A program made the translations under genes and the position numbers. The notes under the pieces were generated by a model. The model did not search any database, was not told the origin of the DNA, and saw nothing but the letters and a program-made list of their open reading frames with translations. From Minisyncoccia bacterium (GTDB lineage: Bacteria; Patescibacteriota; Minisyncoccia; Phycocordibacterales; UBA9973), in contig JBBSBF010000001.1 in the NCBI GenBank assembly GCA_038251535.1, forward strand, positions 2,232 through 66,231: DNA of 64,000 bases, given 5' to 3'. Numbering within the stretch: the stretch's first letter is position 1; every line of letters starts with the position of its first letter. Shown here one piece after another: positions 1-9,673 of the stretch.

Positions 1-2
1 AA

Positions 3-1202
3 ATGCGAGCCGATCTCGGTCGCGCAGCGGAGATACGCTATGGACATATTCCGATGCTTCAAAAAGAACTTGAGGCAAAGAGTCTCAAACTGAAAAAACT
101 TCAGAAAACTCGTCGTATCTTAAAGGAGGAAATAAACGAAGAAGATATCGCACAAGTTGTTGCACGATGGACCGGTGTACCATTGATGAAAATGCTTGAA
201 GAAGAGCGACAAAAACTCGTCAATATGGAGGCAGAGCTCAATAAACGAGTTGTCGGGCAAAAAGAGGCAATTGAAAAAATAGCAAATGTCATCAGGCGCA
301 ATCGTGCAGGAATCGGAGACCCAAATCGACCGATCGGTTCATATCTTTTCTTGGGTCCAACAGGTGTTGGTAAAACTGAACTCACCAAGACGCTCGCGGC
401 AAGTTTGTTCAATGATGAAAAGGCGCTCATACGAGTTGATATGAGTGAATATATGGAGCGTCATAGTGTGTCAAAACTCATTGGTTCACCTCCAGGGTAT
501 GTTGGATACGATGAAGCAGGACAGTTGACTGAGAGTGTTAAACATCGACCGTACTCCGTGATTCTCTTTGATGAGGTTGAGAAGGCACATCCCGAAGTGT
601 TTAACGTGTTGCTCCAGGTATTGGACGAAGGACATTTGCGTGACGCAAAAGGCCGGCTCGTTAACTTTAAAAATACTGTCATCATTATGACGAGTAATAT
701 CGGGAGTCAATTTATCGAAAAAATGGAAACGATTGGATTTCATGCCAATACAGAGTCCAACGAATACGGCAAGACGAAGGAAAAGGTAGAAGGAGCCCTC
801 AAAGACTACTTCCGTCCAGAGTTTCTCAACCGTATTGATGAAGTTGTCGTTTTTGATATCTTGACGCCAGAAGTGATCAAAGATATAGTCACCCTTCGCA
901 CCGATGTCGTATTGGCGCGTCTCAAGGATAAAGGTATCACTGTCTCAATTGCCGATGATACACTTTCATACCTTGCTCGGGTCGGGTATAATCCACACTA
1001 CGGAGCGAGACCCCTGAATCGTTTGATTCAGAACAAGATTCTCAATCCGATTGCAACACGTATCATTGCTCGATCAATCGAGGAAGGTGATCGTGTGAGC
1101 GTTTCTATGAATAATGATGACATTGTCATCCAAGTTCAAAAAAATAAAAAGAAACGTATTAGTTCTTTCACTGGTCATAAAAAAGAAGCACAGACTTCAT
1201 AA
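3..1202 (+). CDS. clpB: ClpB disaggregase chaperone, C-terminal part (5' end outside window)
   Basis: M-domain-like AEIRYGHIPMLQKELE...VARWTGVPL; second AAA+ module Walker A GPTGVGKTELTK, Walker B ILFDEVEKAHP, sensor/D2-small region; ORF runs from window edge. Confidence 0.9.
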   Translation: MRADLGRAAEIRYGHIPMLQKELEAKSLKLKKLQKTRRILKEEINEEDIAQVVARWTGVPLMKMLEEERQKLVNMEAELNKRVVGQKEAIEKIANVIRRNRAGIGDPNRPIGSYLFLGPTGVGKTELTKTLAASLFNDEKALIRVDMSEYMERHSVSKLIGSPPGYVGYDEAGQLTESVKHRPYSVILFDEVEKAHPEVFNVLLQVLDEGHLRDAKGRLVNFKNTVIIMTSNIGSQFIEKMETIGFHANTESNEYGKTKEKVEGALKDYFRPEFLNRIDEVVVFDILTPEVIKDIVTLRTDVVLARLKDKGITVSIADDTLSYLARVGYNPHYGARPLNRLIQNKILNPIATRIIARSIEEGDRVSVSMNNDDIVIQVQKNKKKRISSFTGHKKEAQTS

Positions 1203-1233
1203 TATGACCAAATCCCTCCCATACGGGAGGAGC

Positions 1234-1316
1234 GCGTCGGTGGTAGAGTGGTCAATTACATCAGACTGTAAATCTGACGCCTTCGGGCTACGCAGGTTCA
1301 AATCCTGCCCGACGCA
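1234..1316 (+). tRNA. tRNA-Tyr (anticodon GTA), long variable arm
   Basis: Acceptor gcgtcgg/ccgacgc, anticodon stem tcaga/tctga with loop ctGTAaa, T-arm gcaggTTCAAATcctgc, discriminator A; 83 nt. Confidence 0.85.
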
Positions 1317-1321
1317 CAATG

Positions 1322-1356
1322 AAAAAATCCCGAGCTTCTAGCTCTGGGATTTTTTC
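1322..1356 (+). terminator. Rho-independent terminator hairpin after tRNA-Tyr
   Basis: aaaaaatcccgagc-ttcta-gctctgggattttttc: imperfect stem followed by a T-run. Confidence 0.5.
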
Positions 1357-1358
1357 AT

Positions 1359-1477
1359 ATGTCTCGGCGTGTGCAGGATTTGAACCGTAGGTGCCTGTTT
1401 TTAAAGAACGAGGCGACTATAAAAACAGTGCATCTCGACCGAAGGGAGAGGCATTTCTGCCCGACGCACAATCACAA
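1359..1477 (+). repeat. tRNA-3'-end-associated element, Tyr-locus copy: conserved ~55-nt core plus duplicated 3' end of tRNA-Tyr
   Basis: Ends ...ttctgcccgacgcacaa, duplicating the last 15 nt of tRNA-Tyr (ctgcccgacgcacaa). Core gaacgaggcgactataaaaacagtgcatctcgaccgaagggagaggc is ~80% identical to the cores at 45886-45938 and 47237-47289. Confidence 0.6.
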
Positions 1478-1671
1478 AAGCTTGGCTTTATGCCAGGCTT
1501 TTGTGATTGTGAGCAAGAGAGCGAGCAAACTGCTTTACTCACATCAGGTTTTGAAAGCCGCAGTCATGCCGGCGGCAGGCGAGGCGGGCGATTAACAAAT
1601 CTTGCCGAAGGAGGCTTCGTGAGTACTTTGGCTTTTATGAATGAAATGAAATAAAAGCTTTAGTAACTCGT

Positions 1672-1695
1672 GACTAAATCCTGCCCCCACATCAA
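1672..1695 (+). repeat. Degenerate third copy of the tRNA-Tyr 3' fragment
   Basis: gactaaatcctgcccccacatcaa versus the tRNA 3' end caaatcctgcccgacgcacaa. Confidence 0.3.
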
Positions 1696-1701
1696 TCTTA
1701 T

Positions 1702-2787
1702 TTGTATTCATCACATCTATCCTGTACCATTCTATGTATGGATACAGAACGCTCTCATTTGAAACCTCGTTTGATAGCAATTGGGGTTATTTTGGTTATA
1801 GGGATATTTACGGCATTGTTTTTTGTGCGACAAGTTGATACCGAACAGCGATCATTGTTATTACAACAGACGCAGTATGCCGCACTTTTAGTGAACGCCG
1901 ACCAAATTGCTCAACTGAGAGGAGATGAGGCAGATATTGATAATCCCGTTTACCAAAAGCTCAAACAACTGTTCACGCAATTTCGAGCGTACAATCCTCG
2001 TATCCGGTTTGTGTACCTCATGGGATATCGACCTAATATCGAAAAAGAATTTTTCTATTTTGATTCTGAACCGGTGACTTCAGGGGATTATTCTCCTCCA
2101 GGGCAACTTTTTGAAGACACGAACAAGAAAGATATCGAGGGATTTGTAAAAGGAAACGCTTATACGAGTGGTCCATATCGTGATGCATGGGGTGAATGGG
2201 TTTCTGGTAATGCCCCCGTCAAAGATCTCAACGGCGAAACAGTCGGCATGGTTGGTATCGATATTGCAACGAGCGTATGGCATAGAGATAGTGCATTCGT
2301 TTGGTCTACTGTGGGAACGATTACGATACTGTTGTCGATACTCGTATTGTTTTTATTGCAGAGAATATATCGCAAACAAGATTCGATTAATGTTTTACAA
2401 GACAAAAATCGCACACTGACGTATAAAGAAAAAAAATTATCAGAAATACAAACTTTGGCACAGCTTGGCAAGATCACTATATATTTTGATGAAGAAACTA
2501 TAGTGGTAGATGAACAACTCGAACATTTATTTCATGAAAAGAAATCACCGATGACAATTGCAGATTTTCTGTTATATACTCATCCGGATGACCAACAGAC
2601 AGTCAAGACAGCATTTGAAGAAATAAAAACCAGCGATAATCAATACAGCTGGTTCGATGCACGCGTTGGTAGTCGTAGTGAAGGATATCGACTCTATCAT
2701 TTCTACGGTACGATCGATCGAAAGGGAAGTGTCAGGGGAGTGAGATTTTCTGGTATTATGCAAGACATTACTGATATTAAAAAATAA
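1702..2787 (+). CDS. Membrane-anchored sensor protein: extracytoplasmic Cache-like region, second TM, C-terminal PAS-like domain
   Basis: N-terminal TM LIAIGVILVIGIFTALFFV, ~180-aa exported domain, second TM ITILLSILVLFLL, C-terminal ~120-aa PAS-like fold. No kinase or output domain. Confidence 0.5.
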   Translation: MYSSHLSCTILCMDTERSHLKPRLIAIGVILVIGIFTALFFVRQVDTEQRSLLLQQTQYAALLVNADQIAQLRGDEADIDNPVYQKLKQLFTQFRAYNPRIRFVYLMGYRPNIEKEFFYFDSEPVTSGDYSPPGQLFEDTNKKDIEGFVKGNAYTSGPYRDAWGEWVSGNAPVKDLNGETVGMVGIDIATSVWHRDSAFVWSTVGTITILLSILVLFLLQRIYRKQDSINVLQDKNRTLTYKEKKLSEIQTLAQLGKITIYFDEETIVVDEQLEHLFHEKKSPMTIADFLLYTHPDDQQTVKTAFEEIKTSDNQYSWFDARVGSRSEGYRLYHFYGTIDRKGSVRGVRFSGIMQDITDIKK

Positions 2788-2790
2788 GAC

Positions 2791-3534
2791 ATGATACGAG
2801 AAGAAAAAATATATTTGTATGGAAAGCATGCGCTGTATGAAGCGCTCATCGCCCGGCCAGCAGTAATAAAAAAAGTATACCTCGATGCAAATGCGGCAAG
2901 TGATACAGAACTACAACTTCTTTTGAAGCAACATGCGATTTCGGTCAATGAAATAAAGGGTACTGATGCCACAAAAAAGGTAGGAGGAAACGCAGTACAT
3001 CAAGGAGTCATCGTAGAGATTGCAAACGAAAAACTTTACACATCGTTTGATGAGATAGTACCCCTTTTGGAAAAGGGGCAGTCACCGTGCTTTGTATTGC
3101 TTGATGAACTACAAGACCCACATAATGTCGGCGCAATCATCAGAAGTGCGGTTGCCTTTGGCGCTTCTGCAATCTTGCTTCCCGAGCACAACCAGTCTCC
3201 TGTTACCGGAACCGTGATCAAAACTTCAGCAGGGATGGTGTTTCGTGTACCTATCGTTCGTATCGGCAATGTAAATCAGACCATACGGCTTTTGAAAGAA
3301 AAAGGAATGTGGACGTATGGGTTGGTACTGGGTGGTACAACGGTACTGAAACAGGCAGTGTTTGATTCACCGACACTATTTATTGTAGGAAATGAATCGA
3401 CAGGTATTCGTGAAAAAACATTGGAACTCTGTGATATAACCCTTACCATCCCGATGCAACCGGGTTGTGAGTCGCTAAACGCATCGGTTGCTACTGCCGT
3501 CGTGCTCTACGAATGGAGTAGAGGACAACGATAA
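2791..3534 (+). CDS. rlmB: SpoU/TrmH-family RNA 2'-O-methyltransferase (RlmB-like)
   Basis: N-terminal L30e-like substrate-binding domain; SpoU motifs DPHNVGAIIRSAVAFGA, LFIVGNESTGI, ESLNASVATAV. Confidence 0.8.
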   Translation: MIREEKIYLYGKHALYEALIARPAVIKKVYLDANAASDTELQLLLKQHAISVNEIKGTDATKKVGGNAVHQGVIVEIANEKLYTSFDEIVPLLEKGQSPCFVLLDELQDPHNVGAIIRSAVAFGASAILLPEHNQSPVTGTVIKTSAGMVFRVPIVRIGNVNQTIRLLKEKGMWTYGLVLGGTTVLKQAVFDSPTLFIVGNESTGIREKTLELCDITLTIPMQPGCESLNASVATAVVLYEWSRGQR

Positions 3535-3556
3535 TCTTTTCTGCTACTATCAACCC

Positions 3557-4918
3557 ATGGAAGACACACAAGACAAGAAAAAGGTGGTCACACGATTCGC
3601 GCCAAGTCCGACTGGACATTTACATATCGGCAGTTACCGTACGGCATTTTTTGCGTACTTGTTTGCCAAAAAAAATAATGGGAAATTCATTATACGCATC
3701 GAAGATACTGATAAAGAACGCTCAAAAAAAGAATATGCTGATGAGATATTTCGTGTTTTTGAAACGATAGGTATCGTGTATGATGAGAAATTTATACAGT
3801 CCGATCATCTCGATCGTCATCGAGCATTGCTCAAGCAACTGATCGAACAAAACAAAGCATACGTCTCTCGAGAAGAAGCAAAAGATGGCAGTGGAGTAAT
3901 CAAAGATATCATCCGATTTCGCAATCCAAATAAAATAGTAAGTTTTACTGATTTGATACGAGGAGAGATTTCTACCGACACGACTGATCTAGGGGATTTT
4001 GTTATCGCCAAGAATCTCGAAGAGCCATTGTTTCATCTCGCCGTTGTTGTCGATGACTATGATGAAGGAATCACGCATGTCATACGAGCAGAAGAGCATA
4101 TTGCAAATACTCCGCGTCAGATACTGATACACGAGGCGCTCGATTTCCCCGTACCGCACTATGCGCACTTGCCCCTAGTCCTTGCGCCTGATAAAACAAA
4201 AATGAGTAAACGCAAAGGTGCAGTACCGGTGATAGAGTATTTGGCACAAGGGTATATGCCTGAAGCGCTTTTGAATGCGATCTGTTTGTGCGGATGGAAT
4301 CCTGGCACTGAGCAAGAGATATTTTCTCGAACTGAGCTTGAACAATTATTTGATCTTGATCGGGTTCATAGAAGCGGGGCAATTTTCAATGAAGAGAAAT
4401 TGAATTGGTTTAACCGAGAATACATCAAGAAACTCTCGCAACAAGAATTTTGGGATCACGCACAATACGGACTTAACTCTAGTATCGTTTTAGATAATGA
4501 AGAACACCGAGAAATCTTGAAAAAACTCGAACCTCTTATTCGTGAGCGCATGGTGAAATTTGAAGATATGCAACTATTTTTTGGACGAGCTGATGGCTTA
4601 GTACCGGGAGAATTTGATTATTTCTTCGTCGAGCCATCGGTAGATCAAAAGATGTTGGTGTGGAAAAATGATACGCTTGAAAATGCAAAACTACATCTCA
4701 CAAAGGCGAAAGAAATGCTTGAACAAGTTGCTGATTGGACAGTAGAAAGCATACAAGCAGTACTGATGCCATATGCTGAGTCTAACGGAAAGGGAAATGT
4801 ATTGTGGCCACTACGAGTGGCACTCTCGGGGAGAGAAAAATCACCCGATCCATTTGAGATCGCAGCAATCCTCGGCAAAGAAAAAACCCTTTCACGAATC
4901 AATACTATCCTTACATAA
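3557..4918 (+). CDS. gltX: Glutamyl-tRNA synthetase
   Basis: Class I HIGH motif RFAPSPTGHLHIGS; KMSKS motif KMSKRKG; anticodon-binding C-terminus. Start taken at the ATG at 3557 (MEDTQDKKKVVTRFAPSPTGH) rather than the overlapping 3488 ORF start. Confidence 0.9.
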   Translation: MEDTQDKKKVVTRFAPSPTGHLHIGSYRTAFFAYLFAKKNNGKFIIRIEDTDKERSKKEYADEIFRVFETIGIVYDEKFIQSDHLDRHRALLKQLIEQNKAYVSREEAKDGSGVIKDIIRFRNPNKIVSFTDLIRGEISTDTTDLGDFVIAKNLEEPLFHLAVVVDDYDEGITHVIRAEEHIANTPRQILIHEALDFPVPHYAHLPLVLAPDKTKMSKRKGAVPVIEYLAQGYMPEALLNAICLCGWNPGTEQEIFSRTELEQLFDLDRVHRSGAIFNEEKLNWFNREYIKKLSQQEFWDHAQYGLNSSIVLDNEEHREILKKLEPLIRERMVKFEDMQLFFGRADGLVPGEFDYFFVEPSVDQKMLVWKNDTLENAKLHLTKAKEMLEQVADWTVESIQAVLMPYAESNGKGNVLWPLRVALSGREKSPDPFEIAAILGKEKTLSRINTILT

Positions 4919-4945
4919 AAATTCCCCTCAAAGAGGGGAATTTTT
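4919..4945. terminator. Bidirectional hairpin terminator
   Basis: aaattcccctc-aaa-gaggggaattttt: perfect 10-bp stem with A/T runs on both sides. Confidence 0.7.
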
Positions 4946-4967
4946 ATCGTTAGGCCTTGTCTATCAA

Positions 4968-5087
4968 TTACATTTCGCTTTCTTCTTCTGCAGTTTCTAC
5001 AGAAGCCATATCGGGAAGTTTACATGTCCAAACGCCGTCTTCTTCTATCCAAGTACCGCCTATTTTCTCGCAATCTTCTTGGTTCAT
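4968..5087 (-). CDS. Small acidic Cys-containing protein (39 aa), hypothetical
   Basis: MNQEDCEKIGGTWIEEDGVWTCKLPDMASVETAEEESEM; intact ORF below the 60-aa track cutoff, convergent on the 4919 terminator. Confidence 0.25.
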   Translation of the reverse strand: MNQEDCEKIGGTWIEEDGVWTCKLPDMASVETAEEESEM

Positions 5088-5180
5088 ATACAGTAAATTA
5101 CAATTATGCTGATAGGTATATATTTTACCAAAAAGTGTCTTTTAGGTAAAGAAGAAAACCTTTGCTACAATCGCCAGGTA

Positions 5181-6422
5181 ATGTATACCTATGACGTTAT
5201 TATCGTTGGTGGTGGAGCGAGCGGTATGATGGCAGCTGGAACTGCCGCCAAAAGAGGCAAGAGAGTCCTGTTGCTTGAAAAAAATAAATCTCTGGGAGAG
5301 AAATTAAAAATCACCGGAGGTGGACGATGCAACATCACCAATGCCGAAGAAGACATCAGGAAGTTGTTGGCGCACTACGGTAAGGCAGAGCATTTTCTCT
5401 ATTCCTCGTTTTCGGTCTTTGGGGTGAAAGACACGTTTAACTTTTTTGAATCACGAGGGTTGCCGCTTGTCGTACAGGCACGTAAGCGGGCGTTTCCATA
5501 TACAGAAAAAGCACCTGATGTTGTTGCAGTGATGAAAAAACACGTAACCGATAGAAACATCACGATAAAAACTGGTGTCACGGTAAGAAATATCAACATA
5601 AAAGATGGTGCGATAAGTGGTGTAGTGATTGGTAAAGATATCTACAGCGCAGCGTCCTACATCATCGCCACCGGCGGTATGTCGCATCCAGAAACTGGCT
5701 CTACGGGGGATGGGTTTGGATGGCTTACAGAGCTCGGGCACACTGTTAAACAATCAACTCCGACGATTGTCCCACTTGCGACTAGAGAGCCATGGTCAAA
5801 GGTACTCTCTGGAACATCATTGTCATTTATGAAGATCACGTTCTTTGCCGATGGCAAAAAGGCGTTCAGTAAAACTGGTAAAGTGTTGTTTACGCACTTC
5901 GGACTTTCAGGCCCACTTATCCTTAACAGCGCAAGTACGGTCGCAGACCTTATACAGGAAGGTAAACTAGTGACGGTAACTATTGACGCGTATCCTGACA
6001 CCGATCTTGGTGCACTTGAAGACAAGATCATCAAAACGCTCGATCAGTATAAAAATAAAATGCTCAAAAATGTACTCGGAGAGATTGTGCCACCCGGGCT
6101 CGCGCCAGGTCTACAACTTTTGCTTGCAAGCGATATCAATTTTGAAACAAAAGTGCACAGCATCAGCCGCGACGATCGCAAGAAGTTGGTGTATGCATTA
6201 AAAGCTCTCCCGCTTACGGTCACCAACCTTATGGGGTTTGACCGCGCAGTTGTCGCAGATGGGGGAGTGACATTGACTGAGATAGACATGAAGACGATGC
6301 GAAGCAAAAAAATCCCCAACCTCTACGTGACTGGGGACTTGCTCGACATCACGCGTCCTTCTGGCGGGTACTCACTGCAGCTTTGTTGGACGACGGGGCA
6401 TGTAGCGGGGCTTAGTTGTTAA
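5181..6422 (+). CDS. HI0933/BaiN-family FAD-dependent flavoprotein
   Basis: N-terminal Rossmann YDVIIVGGGASGMMAAG...LLEKN...GGGRCNITN; family-typical length (~410 aa from M at 5181). Confidence 0.8.
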   Translation: MYTYDVIIVGGGASGMMAAGTAAKRGKRVLLLEKNKSLGEKLKITGGGRCNITNAEEDIRKLLAHYGKAEHFLYSSFSVFGVKDTFNFFESRGLPLVVQARKRAFPYTEKAPDVVAVMKKHVTDRNITIKTGVTVRNINIKDGAISGVVIGKDIYSAASYIIATGGMSHPETGSTGDGFGWLTELGHTVKQSTPTIVPLATREPWSKVLSGTSLSFMKITFFADGKKAFSKTGKVLFTHFGLSGPLILNSASTVADLIQEGKLVTVTIDAYPDTDLGALEDKIIKTLDQYKNKMLKNVLGEIVPPGLAPGLQLLLASDINFETKVHSISRDDRKKLVYALKALPLTVTNLMGFDRAVVADGGVTLTEIDMKTMRSKKIPNLYVTGDLLDITRPSGGYSLQLCWTTGHVAGLSC

Positions 6423-6424
6423 CA

Positions 6425-7003
6425 CTATGCGATAGCTTCACACAATATACCAACCCCAACCTTTTTCTCCGCAGAAAATGGCACAATGGTATGCGGACCG
6501 ACGATTGATTGGATCTTTGCGATACTTTTTTTGACATCATTTGCCTTTAGCTTGTCGATCTTGTTTGCGACGATGATGACGTCTTTCTTTTGTTCAGTCA
6601 GGTAGAGTAGCATGTCTTGGTCGTCAGCTGTTGGTCCAACTTTTGCATCGATGATGAGGACTACTTTGTGTTGAGAGATATTGCGGTTCCCAAAGTACCA
6701 AAGGATACGATTGCGCAAGAGTTCTTTGTCTGCAAATGAACCTTTTGCATAGCCGTAGCCTGGAAGGTCGACAAAGTAGTACTTGTTGTTTATGAGAAAG
6801 AAATTGATTTCTTTGGTAAATCCAGGAGCACTACTTGAGCGTGCCAAATTTTTCTCACCAGTGATACTGTTGATGACGCTTGATTTACCAACGTTTGACC
6901 TTCCGATAAATGCTATCTGAGGGAGTGTGTCATCGGGAAGCCCTTTATCGTCGACGACGGATTTGAGAAATATTGCGCTTTTTATTGTCTTAGTTATCGT
7001 CAT
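6425..7003 (-). CDS. engB: Ribosome-biogenesis GTPase EngB/YsxC
   Basis: G1 GRSNVGKSSVIN; G3 DLPGYGY; G4 NKIDK; ~190 aa. Confidence 0.85.
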   Translation of the reverse strand: MTITKTIKSAIFLKSVVDDKGLPDDTLPQIAFIGRSNVGKSSVINSITGEKNLARSSSAPGFTKEINFFLINNKYYFVDLPGYGYAKGSFADKELLRNRILWYFGNRNISQHKVVLIIDAKVGPTADDQDMLLYLTEQKKDVIIVANKIDKLKANDVKKSIAKIQSIVGPHTIVPFSAEKKVGVGILCEAIA

Positions 7004-7752
7004 TTCGTGAGCATAGCACGAATGTAGGCTTTGGTCTCATCGATGTTTTTGACCGACACGCACTCGATACCAGAAGCCTTCGCTGGCTCATCGTTGCCAC
7101 CCGGGTAGAGCGCATCGCCAACAAAGACCATATCGGAGATGGGTATCGATAAAACTTTTGATAATTGCTGGATGCCATACGTTTTGTCGATACCTTTTTT
7201 AGTAATATCAATAGAATTCGTTCCTCCTATATGCACTGTGTATTGTGGTAAACGTTTTATGAAATAAAAAATAATTTCTTTCCGCTTTGATCTATCTGGA
7301 TCCCACGAGCTCTTTTCCTGAAGTGGAGCATCTTGGCCGAGCGCTGAAAAGGTTATTTGTGAACCCCGGTCCTCTATTTGTGCGCCGTGAATTTTTTCAG
7401 GAATATTGCCAGTTGCAAAGGCAGCTTCGTGCAGCATTGTAGTAATCTCGTCACTTTCGACGAGTGATAGCGTGTGCATATAAATTTCTTGCCAATCATT
7501 ATGTGTGTAGCGATACATGGCCGTGCCAGATGTTGGAAGGAGGTATAGTTTTTGGTACTGGAGAGAGGAGAGTGGTAATTGTGAGAGAAACTGTTTTTTG
7601 TACTGGGCGAGTGATCCACCACTCATCACGGCGATATAGTGGTCGTGATCAATCAACTGCTTCAACAATGTTGCCATCTCGCTATCGAGAGGTTGCTTGC
7701 TTTCGGCGAGCGTACCATCGAGATCAAATACGATTACTTTTTTGGACATCAT
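7000..7752 (-). CDS. HAD-superfamily phosphatase (IIB/PMM-like), possibly a sugar-phosphate phosphatase
   Basis: Motif I VIVFDLDGTL; motif IV FVGDALYPGGND; ~250 aa; 4-bp overlap with engB. Confidence 0.7.
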   Translation of the reverse strand: MMSKKVIVFDLDGTLAESKQPLDSEMATLLKQLIDHDHYIAVMSGGSLAQYKKQFLSQLPLSSLQYQKLYLLPTSGTAMYRYTHNDWQEIYMHTLSLVESDEITTMLHEAAFATGNIPEKIHGAQIEDRGSQITFSALGQDAPLQEKSSWDPDRSKRKEIIFYFIKRLPQYTVHIGGTNSIDITKKGIDKTYGIQQLSKVLSIPISDMVFVGDALYPGGNDEPAKASGIECVSVKNIDETKAYIRAMLTK

Positions 7753-7757
7753 AACTA

Positions 7758-9650
7758 TTAGGAAAGTGTTTCTAGAATTTTGGATAATTTGGCAGTTGCA
7801 ACACCGGTGACTGCATCAGCAGCGCCGTAGTAAATATATAGTGTATTACCTCGTTTGACCAAGCCACATGGGAACACAACGTTGTTAACGATACCGTTCA
7901 ATTCATAAAACGCCTTTGGTTCAAACAACGGCAGTGCAGTTCGTGCCAAAACAATGGTCGGATCATCGAGATCGAGGAGTGCGGCACCGACGCTGTAGAC
8001 ACTGGTCGGGGATACGCCGTGATACAAGAGCAACCAACCTTTTTTTGTCTTGATCGGCGGAGCACTGATACCAACTTTTCTCCCGTCCCACATTCCACGT
8101 CTCGGAGAAAGTACTTCGATACAGCGCGATACTTTTTCTTTTGAAAAATCAAATGTGGGGAGAACGTCTGCGCAGATGTTGCTATCGATACGGTGCAGCA
8201 CGACGTATCCTGCCTTTGTTTTTCCTGGAACGATGCACCCGTCTTTGTCATCAACTGATGGAGGAGTGATCAGTAATGGTTCTGACCAGTTTTTCCATTT
8301 TTTGTCGAGGAAGTCTGCTTTGGAAATAAAACTTGACGCAACTCGAGGTAGATTGCCATCATATGCAGTATAAAAGATATATATGAAATCTCCCATGACG
8401 ACAGCTCTCGGATCTTCACATCCTGAGTTTCCTGGGCGCTGTTTATTTTCATATATTCCCCGAGGTACGTAGATCGGCTTACTTCCTCGTTCGGAAATCG
8501 TAACGCCGTCTGTTGATGCGGCCCATCCAACAGTCGATGTATCATCGTCCGACATTGCTCGATAGAGTATGTAGATAGTACCAGCGAGTTCGATTGCTGC
8601 AGGGTTAAAGACTCCGTGTGCTTCCCACGCTACCTTTGGTCTTGGTGCGAGTATTGGATTGTTGGCAAATCGGGTAACGATGTCTTTCTGTCGGTACATT
8701 GCTCCAATGAGACTCTTTAGGTTTACACTTGCTCTACAGCAGTGGGTGTCTGATCCACCATAGTATATATCGAGCATATCACCGCGAATAATCGCACCTG
8801 AAGGAAAGATAATCCTTGATATGGTGCCGATTTTTTCATAAAAAAGTTCGGGTACCATAAACGGCTTGTTGGTGTTGCCGATGATTTTGCGAGGTTTCTT
8901 GAGATCAAGTAAAAGACTCTGGATACCAAATATTGGAGTACCGTTTCGGTATTCTTGGATATGCGAATAGATCAGGAGCCATCCTTCTTTGGTTTTGACC
9001 GGTGGACTGCCAATCTCTACTTGTTCGTTGTCGTTGTGAGGAATGACGAGTGTACATTCATCAACGTGTTCGTACCAGTTGTTCCAAAAATCCATATCCC
9101 AGAGTTGCTCGATTGTATCAAATTCTGCAACGGCTATCTTGGTATGTGGTCGATCGGTATCGACGGTAAGGAGTGCACAGATTTTTCCATTGATACGCTC
9201 AGGAAATAACGACATTGCCTTTGCGTTAAACGGTGTTACCAGATGTTTTTCTGACACAGTTTCCAAGTCGTCACTGATCGCGAGCGCTACCTTTATGTTG
9301 TCAGGACCAAAGGGAAAGTTAGAGATAGCGGTATAAAAGATGTAATATCTCCCTTCAAACTTTGTCACTCTCGGGTCTTCGCAGCCGTATCGTTCGTAGT
9401 CTTCGTCAGTGGTTATAAATGGTCGTCGATCGGTGAAATCAACACCGTTTGTGCTGACCGCCTTGCCGATGATTGATTTGGGGATGCGTGGTTCGGCCAA
9501 AAGCTCTGGATGCGACATCGCACGATACAACAAGTGAGTAGTTTTTCCAATTTTTATAGGACAGCCGTTAAATGTTGCTTCAGCCTCCCATGGATGTTCG
9601 GGGATAGGTGAGAGTATAGGATTGTGTGGGTATCGGTGGATGGTAAACAT
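7758..9650 (-). CDS. Tandem GH130-family glycoside phosphorylase (two GH130/DUF377 modules, mannoside-phosphorylase-like)
   Basis: Both halves carry FNPAAI/FNGCPI...LYRAMS...GCEDPR...YIFYTAYDG signatures; 630 aa is about twice a single GH130. Confidence 0.75.
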   Translation of the reverse strand: MFTIHRYPHNPILSPIPEHPWEAEATFNGCPIKIGKTTHLLYRAMSHPELLAEPRIPKSIIGKAVSTNGVDFTDRRPFITTDEDYERYGCEDPRVTKFEGRYYIFYTAISNFPFGPDNIKVALAISDDLETVSEKHLVTPFNAKAMSLFPERINGKICALLTVDTDRPHTKIAVAEFDTIEQLWDMDFWNNWYEHVDECTLVIPHNDNEQVEIGSPPVKTKEGWLLIYSHIQEYRNGTPIFGIQSLLLDLKKPRKIIGNTNKPFMVPELFYEKIGTISRIIFPSGAIIRGDMLDIYYGGSDTHCCRASVNLKSLIGAMYRQKDIVTRFANNPILAPRPKVAWEAHGVFNPAAIELAGTIYILYRAMSDDDTSTVGWAASTDGVTISERGSKPIYVPRGIYENKQRPGNSGCEDPRAVVMGDFIYIFYTAYDGNLPRVASSFISKADFLDKKWKNWSEPLLITPPSVDDKDGCIVPGKTKAGYVVLHRIDSNICADVLPTFDFSKEKVSRCIEVLSPRRGMWDGRKVGISAPPIKTKKGWLLLYHGVSPTSVYSVGAALLDLDDPTIVLARTALPLFEPKAFYELNGIVNNVVFPCGLVKRGNTLYIYYGAADAVTGVATAKLSKILETLS

Positions 9651-9673
9651 GCTGTTTGTTTTTTATTAAATAA

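Noticed and set aside
1359-1654. ORFs 1359..1595 and 1391..1654 (+), 47141..47326 (+) as protein-coding genes sharing a 'DYKNS.SRP' peptide
   Set aside because: The shared peptide comes from translating the conserved non-coding repeat core. Nucleotide differences between copies are not biased to third positions. The ORFs run through tRNA-derived sequence.
3488-3556. gltX start at 3488 overlapping rlmB
   Set aside because: GluRS homology (RFAPSPTGHLHIG) begins right after the ATG at 3557. The upstream 23 codons overlap the rlmB C-terminus and look non-homologous.
7374-9336. Multiple 80-120 aa ORFs on either strand inside the HAD and GH130 genes (e.g. 7898..8254, 8050..8373, 9043..9336)
   Set aside because: They are nested in long genes with clear family signatures, and there is no independent support for them.
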